Shown: positions 27,348-39,565 of the stretch, one piece after another
Layout: every line of letters starts with the position of its first letter
How positions within the stretch are numbered: position 1 is the stretch's first letter
Position numbers and translations under genes: made by a program
From: Hydrolagus colliei
Taxonomy: Eukaryota
Assembly: GCA_035084275.1 (NCBI GenBank)
Contig: CM068765.1
Location: forward strand, 5,456,001-5,520,000
Reading direction: 5' to 3'
Length of the DNA stretch: 64,000 bases
The notes under the pieces: model-generated
Seen by the model: the letters and a program-made list of their open reading frames with translations, nothing else
The model's database searches: none
What the model was told of the DNA's origin: nothing

Positions 27348-30300
27348 AAGCTGTGGACCGCAAGACAGCTGCTTCCTCTCCTGATGTTCACATGACCTGA
27401 ACCTCTGGTCCAACTCCACACTTGAACATCGCGAAACATTTATCATTCCCATTAATCAGCCAAGGCTGAGATATCATTCCCAGCTCAGCTCACAGCTACA
27501 TCTCCTCCTGCCAAGACAGTCCAAAACTAAAGTCGGGCACCAATGAGATCCATGAACACTTTACAGTATATTCCGTGAAGCGCTTTGAGAAGTCGAGAAG
27601 ACATAAATAGCACTATATCAAATGCAAGGATTATTATTATTGATTAGTATTGAAGTGTGGATTCCATCAAACACAGATTAAGTAGTTTTCTGTTAGGAAA
27701 TAACATTATGGGATTGTAAAGTACATAGGTAGTTCGGGGCATGCGAAGGTGACAGGCGGTGGGGGGGGGTGGAAGGAAGATGGAAAGTGACCTTGTTTTA
27801 TTTTAAATCTAGATTTTATTTTTATGTTCTTAGTTTCTTACCCAGCTCGGGTCCAAAAACTCCTGATAGTCCAGTGCCTTGGGATGTCTTTCCAACCCGC
27901 AGGCCCTATACAAGTGTAAGTTGTTGTTGTTGTTACCCTGGGTCATGTATCTCCTCGGCAAGTTCCCCGCCAGGTGGATTAGCGATTCACCAAATATGGT
28001 GTGGGAGCGAGGCCTTGTTGTGAGCCAAACGGCTGCTGTGTCTACCTCCAATTACACACAGTCACCACACTCAACAACAATCCCCTATGAAGCGCTTTAA
28101 CACGTTTAGACAGTGTATCTTAACGTCATTTTATCTGCATTGAATTTCCCTTCACTCCTGCTCTCAAGACTCGCTCGCTGGCTGCTAATGAGGAAAGACT
28201 GTGACTAAAAGATGGTTATTTCTGTACGGGGTGGGGGACAAAGAGCAGATTTGGGAGATTTTCCATGAGAACTGCAAGCGGAAGGCCAGCGATGTGATGG
28301 GGGTGAGGGGGCGTCAGGGGCAGGCTGGAATTCATGGAATGCCGGAAAGAACTGTCAGAGGGCCATACAGTTATGTGGCTAATGAGAGCAGTCAGGCTAT
28401 TCCCATACAACCGGCATCTGCACAGTGTGAAGACCACTCCATTAAGCAGCCCCTCTCCACCATCCCATTAAATGCAATCAAATTAATATAGTAAAACCCC
28501 TAATAACCCAACTCAACCCTGGCTTACGACGTCACCGCCACCAAAGTCATTGCGTTGTCTATATCCCGGCTGCATTGATTTATGTAGTTTTACACAGGAC
28601 TCACCGCTCCTGATAATAATAATCCTTGCATTTGATATAGCGCTTTTCACGTTTTCACGGGGGAGGGAGGGAGGGAGGGAGGGAGGGAGGGAGGGAGGGA
28701 GGGAGGGAGGGAGGGAGGGAGTTGATTTACCAGGCTACAGGACAGGCTCGGTGGTCTGGGCTGAGGGTGAGTGTTTAGACCCCTCAGAAGGAGAAGAATC
28801 AATGCGCTGGCAGAGGCTTCACAGGATGAAGCTCAGTTGCTCAGCACCGAGAGGAGACGGACAGACGGACACCAGTGTAGACACACCCCTCCCCACCCCC
28901 AACACCTCATAGCTACAGAATTTATGGTGTGAAACCCAGCCAAGCAAAGAGGTGATAAATTATATTCTGTCCGACTGCACTCCAGCCTGTCTGACACTCT
29001 CCAGATCAGATTTTACAACTTTAAAGGTGATAAATAAATCAGCAGAGGAGGTACTGACATCAACTCCCCCATAAAACTGCTCTTACTATCTCTCCCCCCC
29101 TCTCTCCAGTGACTACACAGGATGTCAGCGAGAGGCTGCAATCCCAGAGCTCTTTCTAAATCCCGGGACAACAGAATTTTAATGCCCAAATTCTCAGCCA
29201 ATTGCGCACAGCAGCGTCCCACAAACAGTCATGGATTGAAGTGACCCATTTTATTATTGTATTTTTTGGGGGGAGGGATTAATATTCGGCGTGAGTGTGG
29301 AGTAAAGAAACTTGCCCAAGGTTTTGCCGTGACCTGCCTGGATTCGAAAACAGGTCTCACACTTTATAAGGCGAACGCTCTAACCACTGAGCTACAGGAC
29401 TCCAGGATGCTCAGATACGAAACCTTCCCTCGTCTAGGATGGCTGTGGTTTTCCACGCCAGCCCTTCGAGTTTGGGAAACCATATCCATGCATGGTTGGC
29501 TCCCGTCATCACAAAATTTATTGAAAAGAATAGCAGGATTTGGGGAAAACCTTTAGAATTCGGTATCCTAGGAATAACATTCCCTAACGTCAACCCAGAA
29601 CATCGCAGGGTCCGCCTGGCATCAGGACAACTTCCCCAAAGTGCTTCAAAGGATTTACTGTGAAGTGGAGTGACTTCAAGGGCTGAACTTGCGGGATTAG
29701 GGGTCGACAGGCTCACTGCTGTCTCAGGGTCAGGTAGTTGAGGGTTCAATCCCAATGTTGGTTGTGGAGCTCACAGTCTAAGCTGACACTCCAGCGCAGG
29801 CCTGGGAGGTGCTGGCGTTCGGATATGACATTAATAATGATAATAATTTGTGCAAAATGCCCCTTTCCATCACCAAACCATCTCAAACCAAGTAAACAGA
29901 GCAGCCAATTTACGTACATCAGTGTTCCCAAAACAGCCATAAAGTAAATGAGTCGTTTTATCTATTGTTGTTGGCCGGGACACGCGAAAAATAACTGTTT
30001 CTCTTTTTGAATAGCACCATGGGATCCTGAACATCCACCGGACAGACAGGCCCTCGTTTTAAGGGTGGCACCTCTGACAGAGCTGTTAAAACTGTCTGTT
30101 CAGGTTGATCACTTAAAGATCCTTCAACAAAGTTGAAGAGAAGGGTCTTGGTCATCTCCAATACTCCAACAACAACAACTTGGATTTGTACAGCACCCTC
30201 CACGCCGGATGGCATCTCAGAGCATTAATAATAATAATGATACTTGCATTCGATATCACGTCGTCTGGACGTCTCAAAGCACTTCACAGAATATACTGTC

Positions 30301-30465
30301 AAGTGAATTGACTGCACATTTTGTGTGAAAATATTGAAAATATTCGCCTTGTGTTTCGTGCTAAACGGTTTCCTTCCATTGTCAGCTGCAAATCTGTCAC
30401 TAGATTTCAAAGTCCTGCGAGACATTTTGCTTTGATGAGGTCACGCGAGCCGCCGCTGTCCTTAC

Positions 30466-30573
30466 CTCTGCTTTGTACATTCGGACCAGACCCTGGTTGA
30501 CTTTGGCCCACGTTGGGACAGCGCTGATGTTCCACAGCTGGTTGGAGTGCTCTGCAAAGGGGCCGGTTTTCAT
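30466..30573 (-). CDS. PTPA: PTPA coding exon 9
   Basis: MKTGPFAEHSNQLWNISAVPTWAKVNQGLVRMYKAE, AG/GT bounded, 108 nt. Confidence 0.95.
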
Positions 30574-32207
30574 CTGGAAGGGGCAAACGCACGGCAGTCA
30601 GGTGAGGCAAGAAGGATGAATGACAAGGAACATGGGACTCACAGGACGCCGAACGCAAGTGCAGCAGCGAGGCTGAGGTCAAGAAGTCGGCGACTTCAAA
30701 AGACCTCCAATAAGTAGCCGATAGCAGTCCCGCACCTCTCCACACCCCAGCTCTCAAACAGCAGGTAATCAAAAGCATTTCACGATCAGAAAGATCCAAG
30801 GCTCTCTCTCTCTCTCTCTCTCTCAGGTTTCCCCATTCCTTGTGTATGTGTGTGCTTACGTGCTTGTACGTGCGAGCGTGTGAGGGGAATAATAATCCTA
30901 GCATTTGATATAGACGTCTCAAAGTGCTTTACAGAGTATACTGTAAAGTGAATTGACTGTATATTTGCGGGCGAAACGTGGCAGTCAATTGCGCACAGCA
31001 GTGTCCCACACAAACAGTCATGGATTGAAATCACCAATTTTTTTTCCAAGGGATTCTTATTAGGGTGAATGGCTTCGATACTGAGATGCTATAAATCTGT
31101 TGCTCAGACTGCTGCAGAGCTCTTTCCCCGGCCACCCCCGATCTCCAGAGACGGAGCCACAGGACTATACAGAGGAGAGAAAGGGCATGAAAATGGATTG
31201 GGTTTTGTGTCGTCTCTGGAGATGGGGGTGGCGGGGAAAGAGTTGAGCAGTGAGAACAGATTTATAGCATCAGTATCGAAAGCCATTAACCATAATAAGA
31301 ATCCTTGGATTTGATATAGCGCCTTATCACACTGTGCATACTGTAAAGTGGTTTTGATGGTGTGATTTATGGGCGAAACGAAACGTCAAAAACAAAGCGT
31401 GTGTATTTTTTTGGGGTTCGCTCCGCAACATCCCCCCACCCACTCCTCCCACCTTAATATTCCTCCTCTTCTTACAATTCGTTCATTTATAAAAGGCTCT
31501 CTCTGCCTCAGCTCTGGTTTGCGGCAGAGAATTCCACATGCCCACTGTGCGCGGTGTGGAAAGGCACTGCTGTGTCGGCAAGTTTTGCCAAATTATTTTG
31601 CGATCGTCTTAACCCTGTGGCTGTCTCACCGACCGGTGGAAATCCTGCGATTCGCCCAGTTTATATATAACCTTCATAATCCTTCATTACGAGCCTCTCC
31701 TCATCCCAGCTACACAGATTTACAGCTTACATCTCTCGCACGAGAAAGCTGGTGCCCTCGACAGTGTTACAGGGATGCTATTTTAGGTCTGGAGCAAAAC
31801 ACTGAAGCCTCTCCAATCCCGTGGGGAATCAGAGGCTGCCATCTTGGGAAGGAAATTACTCACTGACTGGTTTCATGGCTTTCCAGTCCCCAGAGACTGA
31901 ACCCTTTTAAACTGTTTCTCTGGCAGCCTTGGGCTTCAGCTTGCCTCTTCCTGTGTAAGCTTCCTTTGCCATTTAACTGAAATCCGATTCCACCCTCCCC
32001 CACTTCCCCCCCCACCCCCCTCCATCCCCATACTTCCTCCACCACATCTACCAGCAAGTTTTAACCCCTTACATGCTCCACAAAGATTCTCATTTCGGTT
32101 TCCTTTCAGCCCTAAGGGCTCCCACTTTCCTCCCCCACACGACTATTTAACAGCCGGTTGTGGGAACATGCCCCATTATTCCCCCACCCGCGCACACCCC
32201 CCCATCC

Positions 32208-32700
32208 TTAATAATAATAATAATCATCCTTGCATTTGATATAGCGCTTTTCACATCTTATTGACGTCTCAAAGCATTTCACAGAATACTGTAAAGTGAA
32301 TTGACTGTATATTTGTAGGCGAAATGCGGCAGCCAATTGCGCAAAACAACATCCCCACAAACAGTCATGGATTGAAATGTCCAATTTTTTAATTGTTTTT
32401 TTATATGGAATTTCCCTATGGAATTCCTTCCCCCAATCCCTCCGTCTCGTTTCTTCCCTTTCCTCTTTCAAGGCCGGTTTGAAGACTTTCCTCTTCGACC
32501 GTGCCTTTTGTTCCACCTAGAATTTTTCGACCTCCCCTACGTGTTTCATCCCTCCCCGAACACCCCCCTCCCAGCTCGGGTCACACGCCTCCTGTGCAGC
32601 GCCTTGGGACGTCCTCCCCACGTGAAAGGCGCTTTATAAGTGTAATTTGTTGTTGTTGTTGTTGATCTGCCTGGATTCGAACACAGGCCTCTCGCCTTCC
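32208..32700. mobile_element. SINE (minus) split by a young L2 3' fragment (plus, about 32410-32665)
   Basis: SINE tail and body at 32208-32405, then the L2 end with (TTG)n, then the SINE head resumes (CCTGGATTCGAACACAGG). Confidence 0.8.
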
Positions 32701-32808
32701 CTCCCCCATGCACAGCCGCCACCCACCCACACACAGCTCTCCCCTGCCCCCCTGCGCCCCCACCCCACCAGAGACGGGGACAATACAGCTTTCTCACAGC
32801 AACCCTAC

Positions 32809-32909
32809 CTCGTTGATGAAGCGGACGCACTCCAGGAACATGTAATCCTTGTGGTGCTCATTCACTACTTTCTCTTCCACAAAGTGGCGTGGTTCCAGGT
32901 GCGGATGGT
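32809..32909 (-). CDS. PTPA: PTPA coding exon 8
   Basis: (D)HPHLEPRHFVEEKVVNEHHKDYMFLECVRFINE, AG/GT bounded, 101 nt. Confidence 0.95.
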
Positions 32910-33477
32910 CTGAAAGTGAAAGAAAGGGTTTGATTTACCTTCTGCCCCCGACTCAGCCTTAGCTGGAGACAGTCCGTGCCAGCGCGTCACTGCTTCATTT
33001 GGAAGCGTTAAGTTGAGCCTTCAGCCCCTGTGCCCTGAAACTCTGGCACTCTCTAGCGCGATCTCTCCCTCTTTTACCCCCTCCCTCCCCGCTTTCACAT
33101 CCCGCCTAAAGTCCACCGTTTTGATGGTGCTTACGGTCACCTCCCCACTCCCTCCCCCCCCCCTGCCTCAGGGTGAGACTCCAACACTTTCAAGCGCTTC
33201 AGGGCACTACTCCCCGTGAAAGTTACATGCAAGTTACACACACACCTCACCCCCCACAGCTCTTTCTCATCCCTTCACAACAAGAGTTTGGTTTTCAATA
33301 GTTAAGGTGGGGAGGAAGTTAATGATAAAGTGGTAACCACAGAAGGCTATGGTCTGCACGACTGTCATTGATAGGTTGAGGACGTGTCTATCTCTGCAGT
33401 CTTGCTGGCGAACCTCGGAATTCAAGGCAGGACGGCGGAGATTACCGGTCAAATCAATCAGCCGATCGGTTACTTAC

Positions 33478-33602
33478 CTACGAGCTGGGAGCTGCCCCAG
33501 ATGAAGGGCAGGAACTGAAAGTCATCCAGGCCCCAGACGCCCTGGCTGCCGGCCGGCTCCATCCGATAGGTTTTCTGCAGCTTCCGCATCACCTGCAGGT
33601 AC
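33478..33602 (-). CDS. PTPA: PTPA coding exon 7
   Basis: [41 protein letters not shown], containing the PTPA signature motif, 125 nt. Confidence 0.96.
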
Positions 33603-34061
33603 CTGGTGCAGATACACCAGGGAGGGCGGTTTAATACATACACGCACACACACACACACACAAGACACCCACACATTCAGGCCTCAACCAGATATCCCAC
33701 CCGAAGCAGTGGCATTTGATTGTGCTCCCAGGGTCAGTGGCTTGCCCTGTAGTGTCTGCGCGTGAGGTAACCTCACTGCTGTGGGCAACTGGCTGCCTCT
33801 CTTCTCCCACAAAATATACAGTCAATTCATTATACAGTAAACCCAGTGAAGGGCATTGAGACGTCTTGAAGACGTGAAAAAGCTCTATATCAAATGCAAG
33901 GATTATTATTATTAATATTATCATCATCTTCAATCCCCCAGATATGTGAGATCGTGGGAAGGCTCGACCCACAGCCCCCCCTCAACAGTCCCTGATCCAC
34001 CTGCACGCATGTTCATACATTACTTGGGGACCGTGAGAAACAATGCAGGGCACAGACTCAC

Positions 34062-34161
34062 CGATCAAACACCTGAAACACAATGGCCAGCTGGTCCTCC
34101 ACCTTCAAGACGCCGGTCTTACACAAGCAGCAGAGGAATGAGGCAAAGGCAGCTTCATGGC
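34062..34161 (-). CDS. PTPA: PTPA coding exon 6
   Basis: HEAAFASFLCCLCKTGVLKVEDQLAIVFQVFD(R), AG/GT bounded, 100 nt. Confidence 0.95.
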
Positions 34162-34460
34162 CTGTGGCACAGAGAGAGAGAGAGAGAGAGAGAGGAAACG
34201 TCACGTCAATCCTGAAATCTCTGCATCCGATCAGCCTCAGGGGAGGGGAGAGATGAGAACATTTCGAGACCACCCTTCATCACAGCGTGGGAGCATTCAC
34301 CACTCTCTCTGTTCGAAGCATTTTCAGTATTTTTAATTCATCACATAATGAGAGAGCTCCGGCTCTCTACCCCCACCACCCCGACCCACCCACACTCTAC
34401 CGCTCTCTTCCCCCACCCATCCAATCTGCACACAGGCGGATGTGTCTAGACAGCGGGTAC

Positions 34461-34578
34461 CTGTTCCGTAATCTATTCTGGTGGAGTTTCCTACAGACTC
34501 CTTCAGGTACACGGCAATCTCGGGGACAGCGGCGCTCAGCTCCTCGGGAATCACTGTGGCCACCAACTGCTCCGCCTC
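34461..34578 (-). CDS. PTPA: PTPA coding exon 5
   Basis: EAEQLVATVIPEELSAAVPEIAVYLKESVGNSTRIDYGT(G), AG/GT bounded, 118 nt. Confidence 0.95.
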
Positions 34579-35139
34579 CTAAACCGCAACAGAGGAAAGA
34601 GAAACTGAATGCAAAGCGAGCGCCATTCACTGAGCGCCCACCCCCCACCCCGCACCCCCCACCGCGGCGCTAAGACTTTTCTCAACAGGGCACCTCCGGT
34701 TTCAGGACCAAGTAAACGGTCGTCATGGGCTTCAATGCGTTAAGGAGCATCCAATCCTTCAGAATTCCAGACACATGGAAATTTCCTTGTGGCTTTCCTT
34801 GCACGCCTCTCGCAGAGGGTCACATCTTGTTAGGCACAGGTTGGCAAGAGCCAAGGCTCGGGGACCCCAGAGTGGGCATTGGGTCCTGACCCCTGACTGC
34901 CTTGGGACGTCCTCGTGATGTGAAAGGCGCTCTACAAATGTAATTTCGATATTGTTGTTGTTCATTTATAGAGCGCCTATCACGTCGGGAGGACGTCCCA
35001 AGGCGCTTGTCCAGCCAGGACCACCACATAGGACTTTGGCTTGCAGGGTTAATAGGAGCTGAGTGGGAAGGAGGATTCCCTTCCCCCAGTGCCTGGTTAC
35101 CCTCCATACGTTCAGCCGGACAGGTTAACTGTACAATAC

Positions 35140-35265
35140 CTTCTCTAATTTGGTGTACCACAGCCGGAACGCCTTGTTACCAAATCGTGATGGCTGATCG
35201 CCGGGTGGAGTCTCGTCAATCCACCTGTCCAGCGTGTTCAGCAGCGCGATCAGCTTTACCACCGG
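35140..35265 (-). CDS. PTPA: PTPA coding exon 4
   Basis: PVVKLIALLNTLDRWIDETPPGDQPSRFGNKAFRLWYTKLEK, AG/GT bounded, 126 nt. Confidence 0.95.
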
Positions 35266-36379
35266 CTGCCAACAGAACACAAGCGACCCAGAGTGTCAGT
35301 GTTTCCATTCTGTACACGGCTAGTTACCACATAACTTGCGTGCCACACAAACCCCCTGTGATTGACATCCCCTCAACACGCACCCACACACACAGTACAC
35401 ATGTCCTCACACCTTCCCAGCACAAATGCTGACCACCCACAAGCAGGCACATGTTTCCCCCCTACCCCAACACACAGGGGCATTCTCCCCTCTGCATGGG
35501 CCCCTCTCTTGTAGCAGAAGCTTCCCCCCCCCCCCCCCCCCCCACTGTACTGAGCCCTCTGAACAAAGGGTCCCTGATGTACAGGGAAACCGGCTGTGTA
35601 GCTTAGAGCCATATCGAAAACCAGAGCTGCTCGGGGAGACGGGGAGAGAAGGGGGAGGGGAATCTCCAGATGGCAGGCAGCTCACAGTAACCAGCGTTTC
35701 TCCAGCAGACCCGGGGGTGGGGGGGGTTGGTTGGGGGGGGGGGGGGGGGGAGAGGAGAGGACGTGCCAGAGTCTAATAGAAAGCAGCAGAAACCACCCAC
35801 CCCCCTCCCCCGCACACACACACAATGAATGGAGGCTAGTGAGCGGATGCTGAGAGCACATTGCTCCATGCGTGCGGAGAGTACAGCTGCAATCAATCGC
35901 TCAGTAATGAACGACCGGATGAGAGGCTGAACCGCAGGCCACCAGCCATCGACTCTATCCAGGCTGGGAACTCTCCCCCCCCACTCCCATCCCTCCCACC
36001 CCTTTCCAGGATGGGAACCCTCGCCCTCTCTGCAAGACAATTCACTCTGAATCCATCACTTCAGTATCAAACACCTATCCCCAACAGAAGAGCCATCTAC
36101 ACGCCTGTCAGCACAGGCTAGGAATTGTCCACAGATGATAACGCAGTTAGGAAGGTGCGACACACCTTCTATGTATCAGATTTAAGGCGACAACCGCTGG
36201 CCTCCACATTCACTCCCAAACTCTGCCTTTCAGCGTTAGACACAGAACTGATCTCAGTAACAATAATAATGCTGTAATAATCCTTGTCTAAAGCGCTTCA
36301 CAGAACATAAACTGTAAAGTGAATTGACTGCATATTTTGTGGGCGAGACGCGGCAGCCAATTTCGCACAGCAGTGTTCA

Positions 36380-36579
36380 NNNNNNNNNNNNNNNNNNNNN
36401 NNNNNNNNNNNNNNNNNNNNNNNNNNNNNNNNNNNNNNNNNNNNNNNNNNNNNNNNNNNNNNNNNNNNNNNNNNNNNNNNNNNNNNNNNNNNNNNNNNNN
36501 NNNNNNNNNNNNNNNNNNNNNNNNNNNNNNNNNNNNNNNNNNNNNNNNNNNNNNNNNNNNNNNNNNNNNNNNNNNNNNN
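36380..36579. other. Assembly gap (200 N)
   Basis: Run of exactly 200 N between a SINE and a poly-G tract. Confidence 0.99.
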
Positions 36580-37169
36580 TGGGGGGGGGGGGGGGGGGGA
36601 GAGAGAGAGAAGAGCAAGAGGACGGGAAGAGCATTAGTGATTTATAGTGAACACAAACCCACACTGTATCAGCCACAATGTGACACCAGACTGTTTAGAT
36701 AAAACATTTTATATAAAACGATGAGCTTAGTCTGAATATGACATCAGGGGGCAGCTTCCCAATAAAACCATCAGGGTGGTTCTCAGTGTCCGTCTGTCCT
36801 GTGAGACTTTGATTTGCAGTCCCCAGAATCATCTCACCCGGTGAGGGCGGGAGGAGGGGCGAAAGAGAAGCTCTCTCCAGGCAGCCAAGCTCGGCTGCTC
36901 TTTCAATGTGTTGCCACGACTGTTTCCTGGTCAGCCAGGTGTCCGACACACACCTGTGGGGATGCTTATGAAATTCAAACCAGACCAAGTTCTGTGTTTG
37001 CCACCTTATGGAAATTCCCGTGGGTTGGAATGGAATGTGCAATATCTGACTGGAGGAATGCAGCCAAATTTAGGACCCGGTTAAGCCCAGGTATGCAAGA
37101 GCCAGGGTTTATTTGGTAACTGCTGGAGCCTAACCAGCTCAAGCTCCATAGCTTGCCATTGAAAGCAAT

Positions 37170-37400
37170 TATCCTCCGCCTTGTTTCCTCCCATTCCTCT
37201 TTCAAGGCCGGTTTGAAGACTTTCCGCTTCGACCGTGCCTTTTGTTTCCCCCTCGAATTTTTCGACCTCCCCTACGTGTTTCACCCCTTCCCGAACACTC
37301 CCCTCCCAGCTCGGGTCACACGCCTCCTGTGCAGCGCCTTGGGACGTCCTCCCCACGTGAAAGGCGCTTTATAAGTTTAAATTGTTGTTGTTGTTGTTGT
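37170..37400 (+). mobile_element. L2 LINE 3' fragment, near-identical to 32440-32665
   Basis: TTCAAGGCCGGTTTGAAGACTTTCC...GGGACGTCCTCCCCACGTGAAAGGCGC..(TTG)n is present in both copies. Confidence 0.82.
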
Positions 37401-38520
37401 CCTGTGTCGAGCTTTCCCACCTGTGTAGTACCACCTATCACCACACGGTGGCACCCAAACGCGTTATGCATCACATGTCAAAGTATACAGCCGCCCCCTT
37501 GTGGCTGGAAATGGGCATCACATCAGGCACAACATCGCACATCAAAAAAAACTTTCATGCAATACAGTGTTTGTAACGTTAATGTGTCTTCAACACTTCA
37601 TAGATAACTTCTATGCAGTGTAACGATTGTATTTGTAAACATGGCAGCCCACCAGGCACACAGCAAAGTTCCACAAAGCCATGGAGTGAGTGACCGATTG
37701 TTTGGAGGATTATCAGATGGGATATTGGGAGAGAAACTCCTCAGGACTCTTCAAAGAGTTATGGGATCCTTAAAAGTTTGCGTTTGGCAGCTAAGAGAAA
37801 ACTGAGGCTAACTTTCTCAGCTCCGGCCAAGTCCTCACCGCAGGCACCCACTACATCAACCTCCTCAATCATTCTCAACCATGGATCCTGTGAGGAACCC
37901 TGTTGTTTTGTTTGACTCAAATGTTCTTCAAAATTTGCTTGATGCCCTACCTCTTTCGATTGGGTTTTTGGCTATTCCCGGCTCCCTCCGTCCAGCTCAA
38001 ACTCCTACCTTCATCTTGCCCCCTCTTTTCTCAGCTTCAGGTCCCAGCTGAAGACCTTTCCCTTCGGCCGCGCCTTTGGTCACCTTTCTATCCCTGCCCC
38101 TGGTTTGGTCCCGGGATCCGCTATTGCGAAGCGCTCTGAGACGCCGTTCGGCGTGGAGGGCGCTATGTAAATCAAAGTTGTTGTTCTGACAATTGTCAGA
38201 AGGTTTGATATCTTATTTGAAGGTCAGCACTTCTGACAAAGCTGTGTCCACCACCCCACCCCCATTCCCAGCTCTGGAGTCCAGAACGAGCTGAAATTTT
38301 CAACGTATAAGCCACCATTAAAAAAAATTATGATATAAAATTCTGGATAATAAGAATGCTTACATTTGTTATAGAGCCTTTCAAATCAGGTCATCCCATA
38401 GCGTTTCACAGGCTTTAATGGAAAGTGTAGTGACCATTTTTGTGAAGAATCGTACCAAATGTACAATAAATAAGCTTTGTACACTGATCCGCAGAGCACA
38501 TCACCCCGCAGTGTAAGTAC

Positions 38521-38630
38521 CTGAGAGCGTTTCCACTTCCCCATATCTGGGACCATGTTGATCTCTCTCTTTGGTATAATGAATTCATGATTTGCCACAG
38601 AAAACTGCACCTCCTCTTCAGGGGAAGAAC
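38521..38630 (-). CDS. PTPA: PTPA coding exon 2
   Basis: cag|GT TCT...; encodes SSPEEEVQFSVANHEFIIPKREINMVPDMGKWKRSQ|gtactt, matching PTPA FIIPKKEI..VPDMGKWKRSQ. Confidence 0.93.
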
Positions 38631-38904
38631 CTGCTGACAGATACACAACAAATTAAACGGGGAACAGCAGCAGAATGTGGCTGGGTGAAGGGGAAAATAG
38701 TGACATTATTCTGAAAGATTCATTTAAAAAAGAGAAGAACATACAGCCGATTATATTTTTCACTCACTGAGAGGATACATTTAACCCTAACCCAGTATCC
38801 AAACCAAACTGAGAATTCCAATGCGCCCCCCTGCACATGGAAATTCCAAAGATAGATTGTTGGAATGTAAGACACACTCTCCAGGAACACATCCTGCTTA
38901 CGCA

Positions 38905-39565
38905 TTTTCAACAAGATTACACTTGTATAGAGTATAGCGCCTTTCACGTCAGGAGGACATCCCAAGACACTGGACACTCGATGTTTCAGACCCACTCTGG
39001 GGTCGGGTAATGGGAAAGGGGGGGAATTTGGGATGACCGATGGGACCGTTGAAGAGGAGGGTCTTGAGGTGGGACTTGAAGGAGGCTTGCGAGGGGCCGA
39101 GGCGGAGAGATTGTGGGATGGAATTCCAGAGGTTAGGGGCGGAGTGGCTGAAGGCTCACCCACCGATGGTGGGGTGGGTGGGTCGGGACACATGGAGTAG
39201 GCCAGAGCCTGCTGAGCGGAGGGGGCGGACAGGTTGGCAGGATGTTAGGAGGTCGCAAAGATAGGGTGGGGCGCAGCCATGGAGGGCTTTGAAGGTGAGG
39301 ACCAGGATCTTGAATTGAATCCTCTGGGTGACGGGGAGCCAATGGAATCGGGCGAGAATGGGGGAGGTGGGGGTCACAGAGCTTTCAGCAGTAGAGGACA
39401 CAGGCCAAAGAGTTCTGGATTATCTGCAGCCTATGGAGGGAGGAACTGGAAAGCAGGGCGTTGATGTAGTCAAGCCGGGATGTGATGAAGGCATGAATGA
39501 GGGTATCAGCGGCCTGAGGGTTGAGGTAGTGGCGGAGTCAGGCAATATTGCGGAGGTGAGGGAAG
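38905..39565 (-). mobile_element. L2 LINE 3' fragment including the ORF2 C-terminus
   Basis: Translates to PILARFHWLPVTQRIQFKILVLTFKALHGCAPPYLCDLL, the classic L2 ORF2 end, followed by the stem-loop tail. Confidence 0.9.

Noticed and set aside
36288-36702. ORFs spanning X runs
   Set aside because: Artefacts of the N gap.
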